Assembly: GCA_016935415.1 (NCBI GenBank)
Contig: JAFGRA010000307.1
Location: forward strand, 1 to 53,521
From: Anaerolineales bacterium
Lineage (GTDB): Bacteria > Chloroflexota > Anaerolineae > Anaerolineales > UBA11579
DNA length: 53,521 bases
Direction of reading: 5' to 3'
The position numbers and the translations under genes are program-made. The notes under the pieces were generated by a model that had not been told where the DNA came from, searched no databases, and saw nothing but the letters and a program-made list of their open reading frames with translations. This document shows, piece by piece, positions 10,175 through 20,800 of this stretch; positions within the stretch are counted from its first letter, which is position 1, and every line of letters starts with the position of its first letter.

Positions 10175-10202
10175 AAAACTGTCATTTGTTGGGCAGTTTT
10201 TT
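10175..10202. terminator. Probable terminator between the tRNA and degV
   Basis: AAAACTGTC...GGCAGTTTT followed by further T's. Confidence 0.5.
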
Positions 10203-10214
10203 ATTTTAAGTGAC

Positions 10215-11081
10215 TTAATCCTTTACAGGAAAATAGCTGAATCCTGCTGTTCCGTTGCCGGTGTGCACGCCTAAAGCGGGAGATAGTTCGGTGAAGAGTT
10301 CCTCGACAACGGTGAAGCGCTCATCGACCAACAGCTTGATTTTTTCGGCTTCTTCACGCGCCGCGGCGTGCATGTAGGCGATCTTGATCTTGCCCATCTG
10401 CCCAACCGCGGATTCGAGCAGGTCGACCATCGTCTGGTAGGCTTTGCTGCGACTGCGTGCTTTGCCAATTGGGACGATTATCCCGTCTTCCATACTGACA
10501 ATGGGCTTGATACTCAACATCGAACCGAGTAAACTGGTGGCTTTTCCAATCCGGCCGCCCATATAGAGATACTTCAAGGTATCGGCCATTTGCATGAAGC
10601 GCGTTACGGGAATCATGCCTTTAACCTGGTCGACAATGTTGTCCAGGGATTTACCTGCCAACGCTGAGCGCGCGGCTTCGATTGCCATCCAGCCCTGACA
10701 CATGGCTGCATTGACGGTATCAATAACTTCAATGCGTAGATCGGGTAGCCGTCCGATGAATTCTTCTTTTGCCACCAAGGCGGCCTGGTAAGCGCCGCTC
10801 GCTTTCGAGCTGATGTGGATGCTGACGATATTGCGGATATCTTCCAGAGCAAGCTTTTCGTACAACTCGAGGTAGTCGTTGGGGCTGGGGTTGGCGGTTT
10901 TGGGGAATTCGCTTGCTGTGGGCAGCCAGTCGTAAAATTCCTGGCGTTTTATGGTAATTAAATCGCGTAATGCCTCCTGGCCGCGATGTACATAGAAGGC
11001 AACAGTGTGGATGTTGAGCGATTGAATTAAACTCTCTGGGATACAGGCTACGCTTTCGGTGACTACCGCGACTTTGGACAT
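10215..11081 (-). CDS. DegV family fatty-acid binding protein
   Basis: PKTANPSP, SSKASGAY, LKYLYMGGRI, LSIKPI, LGVHTG. Confidence 0.9.
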   Translation of the reverse strand: MSKVAVVTESVACIPESLIQSLNIHTVAFYVHRGQEALRDLITIKRQEFYDWLPTASEFPKTANPSPNDYLELYEKLALEDIRNIVSIHISSKASGAYQAALVAKEEFIGRLPDLRIEVIDTVNAAMCQGWMAIEAARSALAGKSLDNIVDQVKGMIPVTRFMQMADTLKYLYMGGRIGKATSLLGSMLSIKPIVSMEDGIIVPIGKARSRSKAYQTMVDLLESAVGQMGKIKIAYMHAAAREEAEKIKLLVDERFTVVEELFTELSPALGVHTGNGTAGFSYFPVKD

Positions 11082-11180
11082 GCTTTCCTCCTCAAGGATG
11101 CATTGGCAAATGCCAAAATAATTTCGTGTTTTCAGTGTACCATTTTTGGAAGTTGAAAGCTGTTAATATTTGCTAAGAGT

Positions 11181-11966
11181 TTAGGGCTTTTCGGGTATGG
11201 TTTCGCCGATGCGTTCTGGATGGGTGTACAGGTTGAACTGTGCCCGGCGAGCGTAGCCGATCAGGGTAATCCCCCAGGCATCGGCGTACTCGATGGAAAG
11301 TGAGGTGGGAGCAGTGCGTGAGACCACAATACTTGCACCAATGCGAACTGTCTTTTGTAGCATTTCAGAACTGATTCGTCCGGTGGTGAGGATAATGCGC
11401 TTATCTGGGGTGATACTCTTTTGGATTATGGTTCCAGCAATTTTGTCGAGCGTATTGTGGCGGCCGATGTCCTCGACGGAAAACAGGATTTCTCTTCCAT
11501 CGCTGATTGCTGAAGAATGCACCCCGCCGGATTTTTTGTAGAGCGGTTGGCTGTCGGATAACGTTGCCATCAGGTTGATGATCGTCTGGGCGGGAATCTT
11601 AGCGCTGTTACTAAATTCGGGATTTTGCGCTTGCATGTTGGATGCAGTAAAACCGCCGGTGCAGCCCGATGTGCGCCGCCATTGACGTGGTTCTTCGACC
11701 GATTTATTCAGCCAAACATCGACATTATCTTCGCGTTTGCAGACGTGCACATCGGCGACTTCTTCTATCGAATCGATGATGCTTTCGTTGTATAGAAAAC
11801 CAAGTGCTAAAGCTTCCAGGTTGAGGGGGGTGCACATGAATGTCAGCCAGACTTTGCCGTTTACGGTAAGCGAGACTGCTTTTTCGATAATCACTTCACT
11901 TTGGATGGGGTCTTGATTGCTGATGTTAACCTTTTTAAAGTGAATCGACTTGGATGCTTGAGTCAT
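11181..11966 (-). CDS. fdhD: Formate dehydrogenase accessory sulfurtransferase FdhD
   Basis: MCTP, SGC, GGVHS, EDIGRHNTLDK, TGRISSEM, LIGYAR; start moved to ATG 11966 (RBS GGAGA). Confidence 0.92.
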   Translation of the reverse strand: MTQASKSIHFKKVNISNQDPIQSEVIIEKAVSLTVNGKVWLTFMCTPLNLEALALGFLYNESIIDSIEEVADVHVCKREDNVDVWLNKSVEEPRQWRRTSGCTGGFTASNMQAQNPEFSNSAKIPAQTIINLMATLSDSQPLYKKSGGVHSSAISDGREILFSVEDIGRHNTLDKIAGTIIQKSITPDKRIILTTGRISSEMLQKTVRIGASIVVSRTAPTSLSIEYADAWGITLIGYARRAQFNLYTHPERIGETIPEKP

Positions 11967-12153
11967 GGAATCTCCAAAATATAGAGTAATAGGGTGAAGC
12001 ATCTGCGCTTTCGAGTATATAGCAGGCACCTTGAGTAGTCAAGTGAGGAGTAGATGAATGTAAGGTTATGAGTAAAGACATTGTGACGTTTGGGGTGTTT
12101 GATTTGTTGCTGCCGCAGATTATAATGAATGATAACAGATTGGAGAATGATCG

Positions 12154-13251
12154 ATGAGTGAATTTGTTTGCAAAGAATCGGGAAAACCTTACCCGCAGGA
12201 AGGTATGCCATATCGCTGCCTGGAATCGGGAGGGTATTATGATCTGACGCGTCCACCTTTCTTTCACCCTAACAGCATCGAACGAGATTTGCCGGGGATG
12301 TGGCGCTATCGCCACGCGTTCGCATTATTCGATGGTGCCCCGGTGGTCAGTCTGGGAGAGGGCGATACGCCCTTGGTTTGGGATGAATATAACGGCGCGG
12401 AAATCGGATTGAAGCTGGAGTCTTTGAATCCCACCGGCTCTTATAAGGATCGGGGAACTGCTGTGTTGGTTAGCCAACTGTTGGCGCGCGGTGTTTCGGA
12501 GGCGGTGGAAGATTCATCTGGGAATGCGGGAGCATCTTTTGCGGCATATGCTGCGCGGGCCGGGATCAAGGCCAGGGTATTCGTGCCGGAGTATGCCTCT
12601 GGACCGAAACAAGCGCAGATCGAAGCCTACGGGGCAGAATTGATTGGTGTACCGGGTGAGCGTGCGTCCGCTACCCAGGCTGCTTTGAAGGAAGTGGAAA
12701 ATGGGGCGGTGTATGCCAGCCATGCCTATTTGCCGTTTGGGCTGCCGGGAATTGCTACAATTGCTTATGAACTCTGGGAGGCGTTGGGCGATAACCCGGT
12801 CACGATCGTGGCCCCGGTGGGACATGGCGGATTGTTGCGCGGGGTCATGTCGGGGTTTGCGGCTTTGCACCAGCAGCATTTGATCCCATATCAACCCTAT
12901 TATGTTGGTGTACAAGCGCGTGCCTGCGCTCCATTATGGGCTGGATTCTGGCAAGGGCCGGAGGTGATGGATATGGTGGAACAAGGTGAATCCCTGGCGG
13001 AGGGTATCTTGATCCGCGAGCCTTCACAGGGGAAAAAATTGTTGGAAAATGTGCGCGATGAGAAAGGGGAATTTGTAGCTGTGGAAGAAGTGGAAATCGC
13101 GGAAGCGCATGTTGCCCTGGCGCATAGGGGCGTTTATGTCGAGCCTACTTCGGCAGTGGTGTGGGCTGCCCTGGAGCAGATCGTTGGTAAGGTGCCGGAA
13201 CCGATCATCGTGATTATGACCGGGGCTGGATTGAAGCAGTCATTGGGATAG
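12154..13251 (+). CDS. PLP-dependent fold-type II enzyme, threonine synthase-like
   Basis: SLGEGDTP, NPTGSYKDRG, SSGNAG, EPTSA, TGAGLK. Confidence 0.85.
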   Translation: MSEFVCKESGKPYPQEGMPYRCLESGGYYDLTRPPFFHPNSIERDLPGMWRYRHAFALFDGAPVVSLGEGDTPLVWDEYNGAEIGLKLESLNPTGSYKDRGTAVLVSQLLARGVSEAVEDSSGNAGASFAAYAARAGIKARVFVPEYASGPKQAQIEAYGAELIGVPGERASATQAALKEVENGAVYASHAYLPFGLPGIATIAYELWEALGDNPVTIVAPVGHGGLLRGVMSGFAALHQQHLIPYQPYYVGVQARACAPLWAGFWQGPEVMDMVEQGESLAEGILIREPSQGKKLLENVRDEKGEFVAVEEVEIAEAHVALAHRGVYVEPTSAVVWAALEQIVGKVPEPIIVIMTGAGLKQSLG

Positions 13252-13269
13252 CTTGCCAACAGAATAATG

Positions 13270-13308
13270 ATTAAAACGAGGCTCCTGGGCAGGAAGCCTC
13301 GTTTTAAT
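13270..13308. terminator. Intrinsic terminator
   Basis: ATTAAAACGAGGCT...AGCCTCGTTTTAAT inverted repeat after the stop. Confidence 0.75.
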
Positions 13309-13409
13309 GTGAGGTTTTGTGATGCTCATAATGAGGGCGCCCTATTTGACCGGGTTTAAGGTAGAATCGGAAAGTTGCTTCTATTGGCGAGAAATTCCTG
13401 ATTTGAGAG

Positions 13410-14081
13410 GTGTTTAAAGTGTACGCAAGTGAATATCAGTTAAGACAAGAACTCATCCGCGTGACGCGTATTGTTACTGAACAGGGATTGGTGTGCTCAA
13501 GCGATGGCAATATTTCGATGCGGCTGGATGATAATCATTTCCTGATGACGCCTACGGGGCTTTACAAGATGGGGATGGCGACGGAAGATCCGATTGTGGT
13601 GAACTGGGAAGGTGGAGTTGTCAAGGGTAAGCCGGGTTACCAGCCAACCTCGGAATTTAAAATGCACCTGGAGGTATATCGCCAACGCCCAGATCTGAAC
13701 GCGGTACTGCACGCCCATCCGCCGTACTGCATCGCGTTAACGGTTGCTAATATTCCATTTCCAACTATGCTGGTTCCAGAGGTGCTGATGGCAATTGGCG
13801 AGGTGCCTACTGCGCCGTACGCTCGACCGGGTACGGCGGATTTGGTATCGAGTGTGAGCGATCTGATCGTCGATCACGATTCAATCCTGTTGAGTCATCA
13901 CGGTAGCGTAAACGCCAGCGAAACCCTGGAAGGCGCGCTGATCGCGTTGGAACGTATGGAACATACCGCCAAGATTTATTACCTGGCAAGCTCAATGGGT
14001 GAGTTGGTGCCGCTCCCGGCAGACGAAATCCAGGCGTTGAAAACTATGGGCGAAACGCGGCGCGATAAGGCTGCTATCTGA
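13410..14081 (+). CDS. Class II aldolase/adducin family (fuculose/rhamnulose-1-phosphate aldolase-like)
   Basis: DGNIS, PTSEFKMH, HAHP, LLSHHG zinc-ligand motifs. Confidence 0.88.
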   Translation: MFKVYASEYQLRQELIRVTRIVTEQGLVCSSDGNISMRLDDNHFLMTPTGLYKMGMATEDPIVVNWEGGVVKGKPGYQPTSEFKMHLEVYRQRPDLNAVLHAHPPYCIALTVANIPFPTMLVPEVLMAIGEVPTAPYARPGTADLVSSVSDLIVDHDSILLSHHGSVNASETLEGALIALERMEHTAKIYYLASSMGELVPLPADEIQALKTMGETRRDKAAI

Positions 14082-14096
14082 CTTCTGCACTTGCCG

Positions 14097-14891
14097 CTAG
14101 GCGACAACTTTTAGCCAGCCGCCATCCACGTAATAGGTTGCACCCACGCAGTAGCTGGCGCGCGGCGAACACAAAAAGACGAAGAAGTCGGCCAATTCTT
14201 CGGGAGTACCGAAGCGCCCGATGGGGGTGTTCTCTTTGGCGATGTTATCCAGGTAATCCTGGTAGGTCTGACCGGTGCCTTCGGTTAATTGGGTGGCAGT
14301 TTTGATCCAATCGGGAGTCAGGATCAGGCCGGGGTTGATGCAGTTGACGCGGATGCCATCGGGTATGAATTCTTCTGACATGCATTTGGACAGCATCATC
14401 AGGGCGGATTTGGTGACATTGTAGATCGGTTCGTAATCCAAGGGCTGCTTGGCGCAGATCGAGGCGTTGTTGAGGATCACGCCGCCACCGCGTTTGTGCA
14501 TTGCCGGCACCAGGGCGCGTGCCAGCCGGACGGCAGCCATCACGTGTAAATCCCAATAGTATTGCCATTTATCATCGGGCGCATCCATGATCTTCTCATT
14601 GCTGCCGGTTCCAGCATTGTTGATCAGGATGTCCGCGCCGCCGAAGTTTTCCGCTACCTGTTGGACAAACGCGGCAACTTCGTGTACGTTAGTGACGTCG
14701 ACGCTTGCGCCAAGTGCCTGCACGCCGTTGGTGGATGCGATTTCCGCGGCGACAGCTTTCACCCGGTCCGCATCGCGGGCGCATAAGGCTAAATGTACGC
14801 CTTCCGCGGCCAGCCCTTTTGCGACGGCTAATCCGATGCCTACACTGCCACCCGTGATCACGGCGACTTTATCTTTTAATTCCAATTCCAT
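14097..14891 (-). CDS. SDR family oxidoreductase
   Basis: TGGSVGIG, NNAG, YNVTK, VDGG. Confidence 0.9.
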   Translation of the reverse strand: MELELKDKVAVITGGSVGIGLAVAKGLAAEGVHLALCARDADRVKAVAAEIASTNGVQALGASVDVTNVHEVAAFVQQVAENFGGADILINNAGTGSNEKIMDAPDDKWQYYWDLHVMAAVRLARALVPAMHKRGGGVILNNASICAKQPLDYEPIYNVTKSALMMLSKCMSEEFIPDGIRVNCINPGLILTPDWIKTATQLTEGTGQTYQDYLDNIAKENTPIGRFGTPEELADFFVFLCSPRASYCVGATYYVDGGWLKVVA

Positions 14892-15044
14892 TTCGCTTCC
14901 TCCAGGTCGATAGCGTTTGAGAGTATAAGGCTATTATAGTTGTGGTTGGGAAAATGCGAATCAATCGAAGCCATAGATAATTTTTACCGGCTAAAAACAA
15001 GATTGATAGTTTTTGATACCAAAGTTTAGCTATGATATAATTAA

Positions 15045-15062
15045 TTGTGAAAAAAGTTACAA
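15045..15062. promoter_or_regulatory. Rex-like operator just downstream of a TGnTATAAT promoter
   Basis: TTGTGAAAAAAGTTACAA versus consensus TTGTGAAnnnnTTCACAA (2 mismatches). Confidence 0.45.
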
Positions 15063-15087
15063 ATGATCCCAGCATTGGAGCCTCGGA

Positions 15088-15621
15088 ATGTTGAAGTTTT
15101 CATGGCAAGAGGAATTGTGTCAAACATTGCAGTATCTGGAACGTGAAATCGGGCGTGCGCCACGCGTATGTGTGATTGGTACGGGCAGTGAAATGCGCGG
15201 CGATGATATCGCCGGATTGGATGTGGCCCGAGGGTTGTTGCATTGTCTTTGTGAGCATCCCGATACACCTTTTATGGTCATTGATGCCGGCGCGCAACCG
15301 GAAGATCATCTGAATAAGATTCGTGAATTCGATCCCGATTTTATTTTAATGGTCGATGCAGCTGACTTCCATGCCGAGCCTGGCAAGGTCAGTTGGGTTT
15401 CCTGGGAGACAGGACGCGGGTTTGATGCTACGCCACATACGCCGCGCACGGTCACCTTTGCACGTTACTTACATGAAGAAGTTAGCTGCCCGGTGGCATT
15501 GATCGCTATTCAACCTGAGCGTGTCAACTATAATCCCCCCTTGTCAAAACCGGTCTGGTTGGCGGTTGACCAGGTTGTGCACGGCATTGAGAAAGCCGTC
15601 CGGCCGATTGTCACTGCTTAG
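15088..15621 (+). CDS. Hydrogenase maturation protease (HycI-like)
   Basis: GTGSEMRGDDIAG, PE, MVDAA, PHT, IAIQP. Confidence 0.8.
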   Translation: MLKFSWQEELCQTLQYLEREIGRAPRVCVIGTGSEMRGDDIAGLDVARGLLHCLCEHPDTPFMVIDAGAQPEDHLNKIREFDPDFILMVDAADFHAEPGKVSWVSWETGRGFDATPHTPRTVTFARYLHEEVSCPVALIAIQPERVNYNPPLSKPVWLAVDQVVHGIEKAVRPIVTA

Positions 15622-17600
15622 TCGATAAAAGCCGACGCTTTCCGATTATCTCTTTCCCAATCAAGGCGCGACCAGTTTGCGTCTTTTTTTATTTCAACAA
15701 CCTGCGCCGGGAAATCGACCTGAGTATAGAGGTTATCGTAACGAGGAAATTCGTGCGTGCGGATTTCCTCTTTGTTTAACAGGTATGGCCCTTTCCAGCC
15801 AAATTCGAGGCGACCCTGAGCAGGGGATTGATAGCTGACGCGTAGCCCGTTGAATGATAAGGGGGCAGCGCAAATCGTTTTAACGAATGTCGAGAAATTT
15901 CCGTTTTCCTGTTGGGAACCGAGTTCGCAAATCCAGATATTTTGCTGCCCTTCGGCAATGATTTCCCGGTTATTATCCTCGCCCGCGGCTTGCTGCCAGG
16001 TATAAGGCCGCCGTGAATGCAAGGCCAGATAGCTGGTATCTTTGTGCGCGAAAATCCATCCTTTACGCTCGATAACTTCATCGAACTGATCTCTGGGCAG
16101 CCAGGCGTGTGTAAAGAATAATTGGTTGGTGACGTATAGACCGGGCGCGCGACTGAGATTGTAGATTGCAATGAGGACATTCTTGTGTTGGACGACACGG
16201 GGCAGTGTACCTGAACCCGTCCAGTAGTTGGGGGTTGGGCCATCCCGGCGCGGCGGATGGGTGGTAAAGCAGACCGCGTCTGGACCGAGGGTGGCCTGCC
16301 AGATATGCTGCTGGTCGCCGCCATAGCCGGGGCGATAATGCAGGGCGCTGCTTAGCATGTAGTCCGAGGTGCGGTAGGTGTAGATGTTGACTTCCTCGCG
16401 CGTATTGCGGCAAACGTCGCGTTCGAGCAGGCGCGCCAGCCAGGGTAAGAGGTCGAAGCGGCGAATTGTGTCGATCAGACGTTTATGATTGGCAAAATCT
16501 TTGAAGAATGCGTTTTCCCACCAGTTAAATTCGTCGAACATGCGCATGGTCAGGTTGGCGGTGTGTGGGTGCAGGTAGGCTTCCAGACTGAGCAAGACCA
16601 TGCCGTCTTCGAGGTTGTCGAATTTCAGTCCCCAACGTTTCGCTTCAGACACTTTGATGCCCATGCGCTGGCGGTTTTCGAAGGTGGCGGGTGTATTGGC
16701 GATGTCGAAGATCACCTGTGGCAGGCGGTAGTTTTCGCTCATCGCAAACAGCACCACGCTCATGTTGTCGTAGCCGGAAAATACACCAGTTCCAAATAAC
16801 AGCTTGGCGATGTCCGTGGTGCCTTCCAAGCGCGCCCATTTCTTATATTCTTCGTAACTGCGGCCATGTGTGCTGCCGAATACGCCTTTGAAACTGTTGA
16901 GCGCCATGTCGAAAAGTAGCAGGTCGACGATCATTTTCGCGCGTTGGCGGAGTTCTTCGTCGGCGGCGAAGTCCAGCAAGTTGAGCAGGGCAGCGAGGTC
17001 TTTGTCGTAATACACGTTGGAAAGCCATTCGCTGAAACCGGTTTTGAAGCGCAAATCCAGCCAGCGCAGGATGCGCGGACGACTGAGTTCTATTTTTTGC
17101 CTGCCGGTGTGGCCGGTGTTCGAAAAGACTTCATCTGGGTACATCTGGCCAACCAGGTAGGCGGCGGTAGCGAATAGAATCTGGTGGTTTTCTGTCCAGG
17201 TACACATGTCATCGCGTCCTGGCTCATCAGGCCAGTATTTGAAGCCTAAGATAGCTGTTTTGGCGTGCTCGCGTAATTCCTGGCTGAAATGTTCCGGAAT
17301 CTGGTAAAGCATGCGGATGATGGCGTGTAGGGCGAAATCGGCGCAGTCGGCACGGGCTTCGATGAACTCGGTCAGCGTTTCGTGGATGATACCTTCGTGG
17401 GGCGTGCCACCGGCGGCAGCACGGGCGACTTCGTAGTAGGCGCGCTTGCTGTTGTGTTCTGGAGCGGGATTATGCAGGATGTGTTGCCAGAAGGCCTCTC
17501 GGCGTTGCTCGAAGCTGGGCGCGAAAACGGTTGTCGAATACGTGTCGGGAGTTTCTTGTTTGGGATAATTGGCGGGTGGGTAGGTCGGATGATCGCTCAA
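15618..17600 (-). CDS. Hypothetical 660-aa soluble protein, possibly heparinase II/III- or polysaccharide-lyase-like
   Basis: Long ORF with helical N-half (WTENHQI, GFSEWLSNVYY, STHGRSY) and aromatic beta-rich C-half; no signal peptide. Confidence 0.7.
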   Translation of the reverse strand: MSDHPTYPPANYPKQETPDTYSTTVFAPSFEQRREAFWQHILHNPAPEHNSKRAYYEVARAAAGGTPHEGIIHETLTEFIEARADCADFALHAIIRMLYQIPEHFSQELREHAKTAILGFKYWPDEPGRDDMCTWTENHQILFATAAYLVGQMYPDEVFSNTGHTGRQKIELSRPRILRWLDLRFKTGFSEWLSNVYYDKDLAALLNLLDFAADEELRQRAKMIVDLLLFDMALNSFKGVFGSTHGRSYEEYKKWARLEGTTDIAKLLFGTGVFSGYDNMSVVLFAMSENYRLPQVIFDIANTPATFENRQRMGIKVSEAKRWGLKFDNLEDGMVLLSLEAYLHPHTANLTMRMFDEFNWWENAFFKDFANHKRLIDTIRRFDLLPWLARLLERDVCRNTREEVNIYTYRTSDYMLSSALHYRPGYGGDQQHIWQATLGPDAVCFTTHPPRRDGPTPNYWTGSGTLPRVVQHKNVLIAIYNLSRAPGLYVTNQLFFTHAWLPRDQFDEVIERKGWIFAHKDTSYLALHSRRPYTWQQAAGEDNNREIIAEGQQNIWICELGSQQENGNFSTFVKTICAAPLSFNGLRVSYQSPAQGRLEFGWKGPYLLNKEEIRTHEFPRYDNLYTQVDFPAQVVEIKKDANWSRLDWERDNRKASAFID

Positions 17601-17841
17601 GGTGCGGCTCCATTTGATGACAAAAAGAGGCTGTGTGGGCTACATAAAAATCATACTCGATTTTTGCTGGTTGGCAAGCACCAGGGAATAAACGCCCTGT
17701 ATTTTCAAGCACTCAGGTGCTTTTCCGGGCGTTCTTGGATGTGAACTGGATAGGCTGAAATCGTATATAATGGTTATTGGGTCGGTATGGTTTCGAAAAT
17801 TTGTTTTGCGTAATCCAACACGATCATGACCCAGAGGGTGT

Positions 17842-20800
17842 ATGCCTTGTCCGAAATGCAACCATTTAGAATATCAAGCGAATAAGCCCTGTCCTAACTG
17901 CAACTTCAGTGGGGATACAGATCAAATCGTCGAATTGACCCACATAAAGTGGATGCTGCGTGAAATCTATTCCTGGGAGCCAAATGAACTGCAAGCAGCA
18001 GAGCGGAGCGCGTTGGTATCCCGGTATACGACGCGCCTGCGAGAGCTTGAAATCCAATTGGGGTTGCGTGCCCGGCCTTTTGCGGCCGAAGAGGCGCCAC
18101 AGCGTTGGCAGGAATTGATCCGGCTGGAAGCATTTTTTAATTTGCTGACTACCTGGCAAAACGCCCACGCCCTGGATGCCAAATCCTCGCAAGCTTTACG
18201 GGGCGATATCTGGGCGCAGATCAAGGATTTGCGGAAGCGGTTGGAAGACTTCGAACGCCCGAAGTACCCAGAAACACAACAGGAGCAGCTTGAAGTCAAC
18301 ATTTTCCTGTTGGAGCAAATCCAACTGTACCAGGATGAGGGGAAACTCCATTTCCTGGATAGTAAAGTGTTGTCCGACCTGCATCAACAAAAGAAGGAAT
18401 TAGAGATCGCGCTGGGCTTGCAGTCTACGCCGGAAGAGAGCGGGGATAGTGTAGAAGAAATTGAAGTAGAGGCGCAGCCGGAACAAGTATATGAAGTCCC
18501 GGAAATAGCCGATATCATTCCGCCTCCGCCCAAGCTGCCGCTGCGCGAGCGCATTATGCGCTCGATGTTGTCCGAGCGAACGCTTCAAGCTGTGCTTTTC
18601 CTGGGTATCTTTTTGCTGTTCTCTGCGGCGCTTTCCTTTGTGATTTGGGGCTGGCAAAATTTTTCGGCAGCCGTACGGGTAGCAATCCCTATTGCCTTTA
18701 CGCTGGTATTCTTCCTGATTGGTTGGTACGTGCGCGAGAAAACACCGCTCAGTCGATCGGGGGTAGCGATCGAGGCGATTGCGGCGTTGTTGATCCCGAT
18801 TGACTTTTATACGGTTTATGCCAATTACGGTAACCCGCCGGATTATTGGTCTGAATTCTGGCTGTTGACTTCTGTTTTATGCTTGGGAGCCTATATACTT
18901 TTGACGTTGAACATCCAGAGTGAGTTCTTTGGGTATCTGGTGGTCACTGCGGCAGGCAGTGTGGTGCTTTCCACGATTGAAATCTTCGATCTGTCGCGCG
19001 ATTGGTATCCAGCCGGACTTTCGGTGTTGGCGGTGGTAGCATTGGTTATTGCCACGCTGCTCTCGCGGCGCCCAGAGCCGGGAGAGATGGATATATTTGC
19101 TGCCCCCTTCCGCTATATGGCGTTGCTGATCCCTGGTATCTTGATGCCGCTGACGCTGGGATGGCGTATGATCGACCGCAGTACATACGATTCATTGCAT
19201 TATGCAATGACGGCCAGTTGGCTGTTGGGTAGCTTGATCTTTGGTTGGGGGGCAATTTACCATCGCAGCCGCAGCCTGGGCTTGCTGGCCCCTACCGCAT
19301 TACCGATCTCGATCTATATGCTGCAGGGGGCGATCTTCGACGCCATCGGGACAAATCTGGCCTGGCAGGCTTTCGGAATCGCGCTGATCGTGCCGTATTA
19401 CTTCTATTCTGGGTGGTACCTATCCCAAAAAGATGATGCTGTGTTCCAAGGACATGGGCGGGTATTGAACGTGTGGGGGACGGTTTTGCTGATCGTGATG
19501 CCGTTTTGGGCGCTCACCGATCTGCGCAGCGGGGCAGCGGCGGCGAGCACACATGCAGTGCTGGCGGGGGCAGCAATCTTGGCCGCGGGGTTGTGGCAAC
19601 GCCCGCGGTATCTTTACGTGGCTTCGGTATTGGCTGCCAGTGCAACCAGCTTTTTTGTCAGCGAAATTGGGTTTACAACCAGTGAGGTGAGCGTTGGTTG
19701 GGCGTCCCTGGCGATACTACACGTTGTGACTGCTTTTTGGCTCGGCCGGACACATTTTAATGCAGGGAAACGCTTTATCACGCCGCTCGTGCGCGCCGGT
19801 TATGCGATCTCACTGCTGGCAATCCTGCTGGCGCTTGTGCAATATGATGGACAATTGCTATCGTATTCACTGGGGAACTGGATTCTGTTGACGATCTGGG
19901 GAGCTAGACTGGCCTATCTAAACGCTCCTGGATTTGCGACTGAGAAAGAGCGCTACCGCACGCGCTTCCACTGGCTTGCGGCGTTGGCTATGCCTTTCTG
20001 GTTGTGGGTAATTATCAACAACCAGCAGCCTGCTGATGAAGTCCTGCCGCTGGCATTGACCGGTTTAGCCTGGGGAATGGCGTTGGTCAGTTATCGTCTC
20101 AAAAAATTCGATCGGGCTTTCCATTTGCCCTGGTACTTGACTGGCTTGGTGGTTAATCATATTGCTGTGTTGGTAGCGATCGGAACACTCGGTTTCAGCT
20201 ATACGCTATCCTTCGTGGTGCTGGCGCTGGGCGGGTTGTTTTTGACGGATGCTTTTGCCGTTCACGTTTCGCGAGAACTTTTTCCGGGCGGATTGGTTGG
20301 CGTCGTCGGGCTAATCCTTTTGATGCATGAATTCGAATTGACGCGGGAAGAAATTGCCTTTGGTATCGGTGTGTTGGTAACGGTGTACTTCCTGTCCGGG
20401 TTGTTGATCGAACGCCTTAAGTCGCAAGTCTTCACGGGAGAGTTCTTAGTTCCTCTGTATGCCAGCGCGCATCTCTTGACTTTGGTCATATTGTTGATCC
20501 TTTATAGCCGTCCTCTCGATCAGTTTGTTTTCCGTGGCGAGTGGACGGATGCGATGCGTTTGTGGGGAGCGGGGACGCAGTTGGTATTGGGGATTATGTA
20601 TGGCTTTTTTGCCTGGGGTAAATATAAAGAAGTTTGGGGGCACGTTGCAGCCTGGTTGGGGGCAGCCGGAGGCGGATTCATCGCCATTATTCTGAGCAGC
20701 GGTAGCGGGCGTTCGGCGGTGATAGCTGCCGTTGTGGCAATCGTTTATGTGTTGGCGGAACGAGGACTGCATCATGGACGCCGCTTGCTGCGATTATCTG

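Noticed and set aside
10054-11100. tRNA-Thr as an integration site for an island
   Set aside because: No integrase, and no duplicated tRNA 3' end was noticed; the flanking genes are housekeeping
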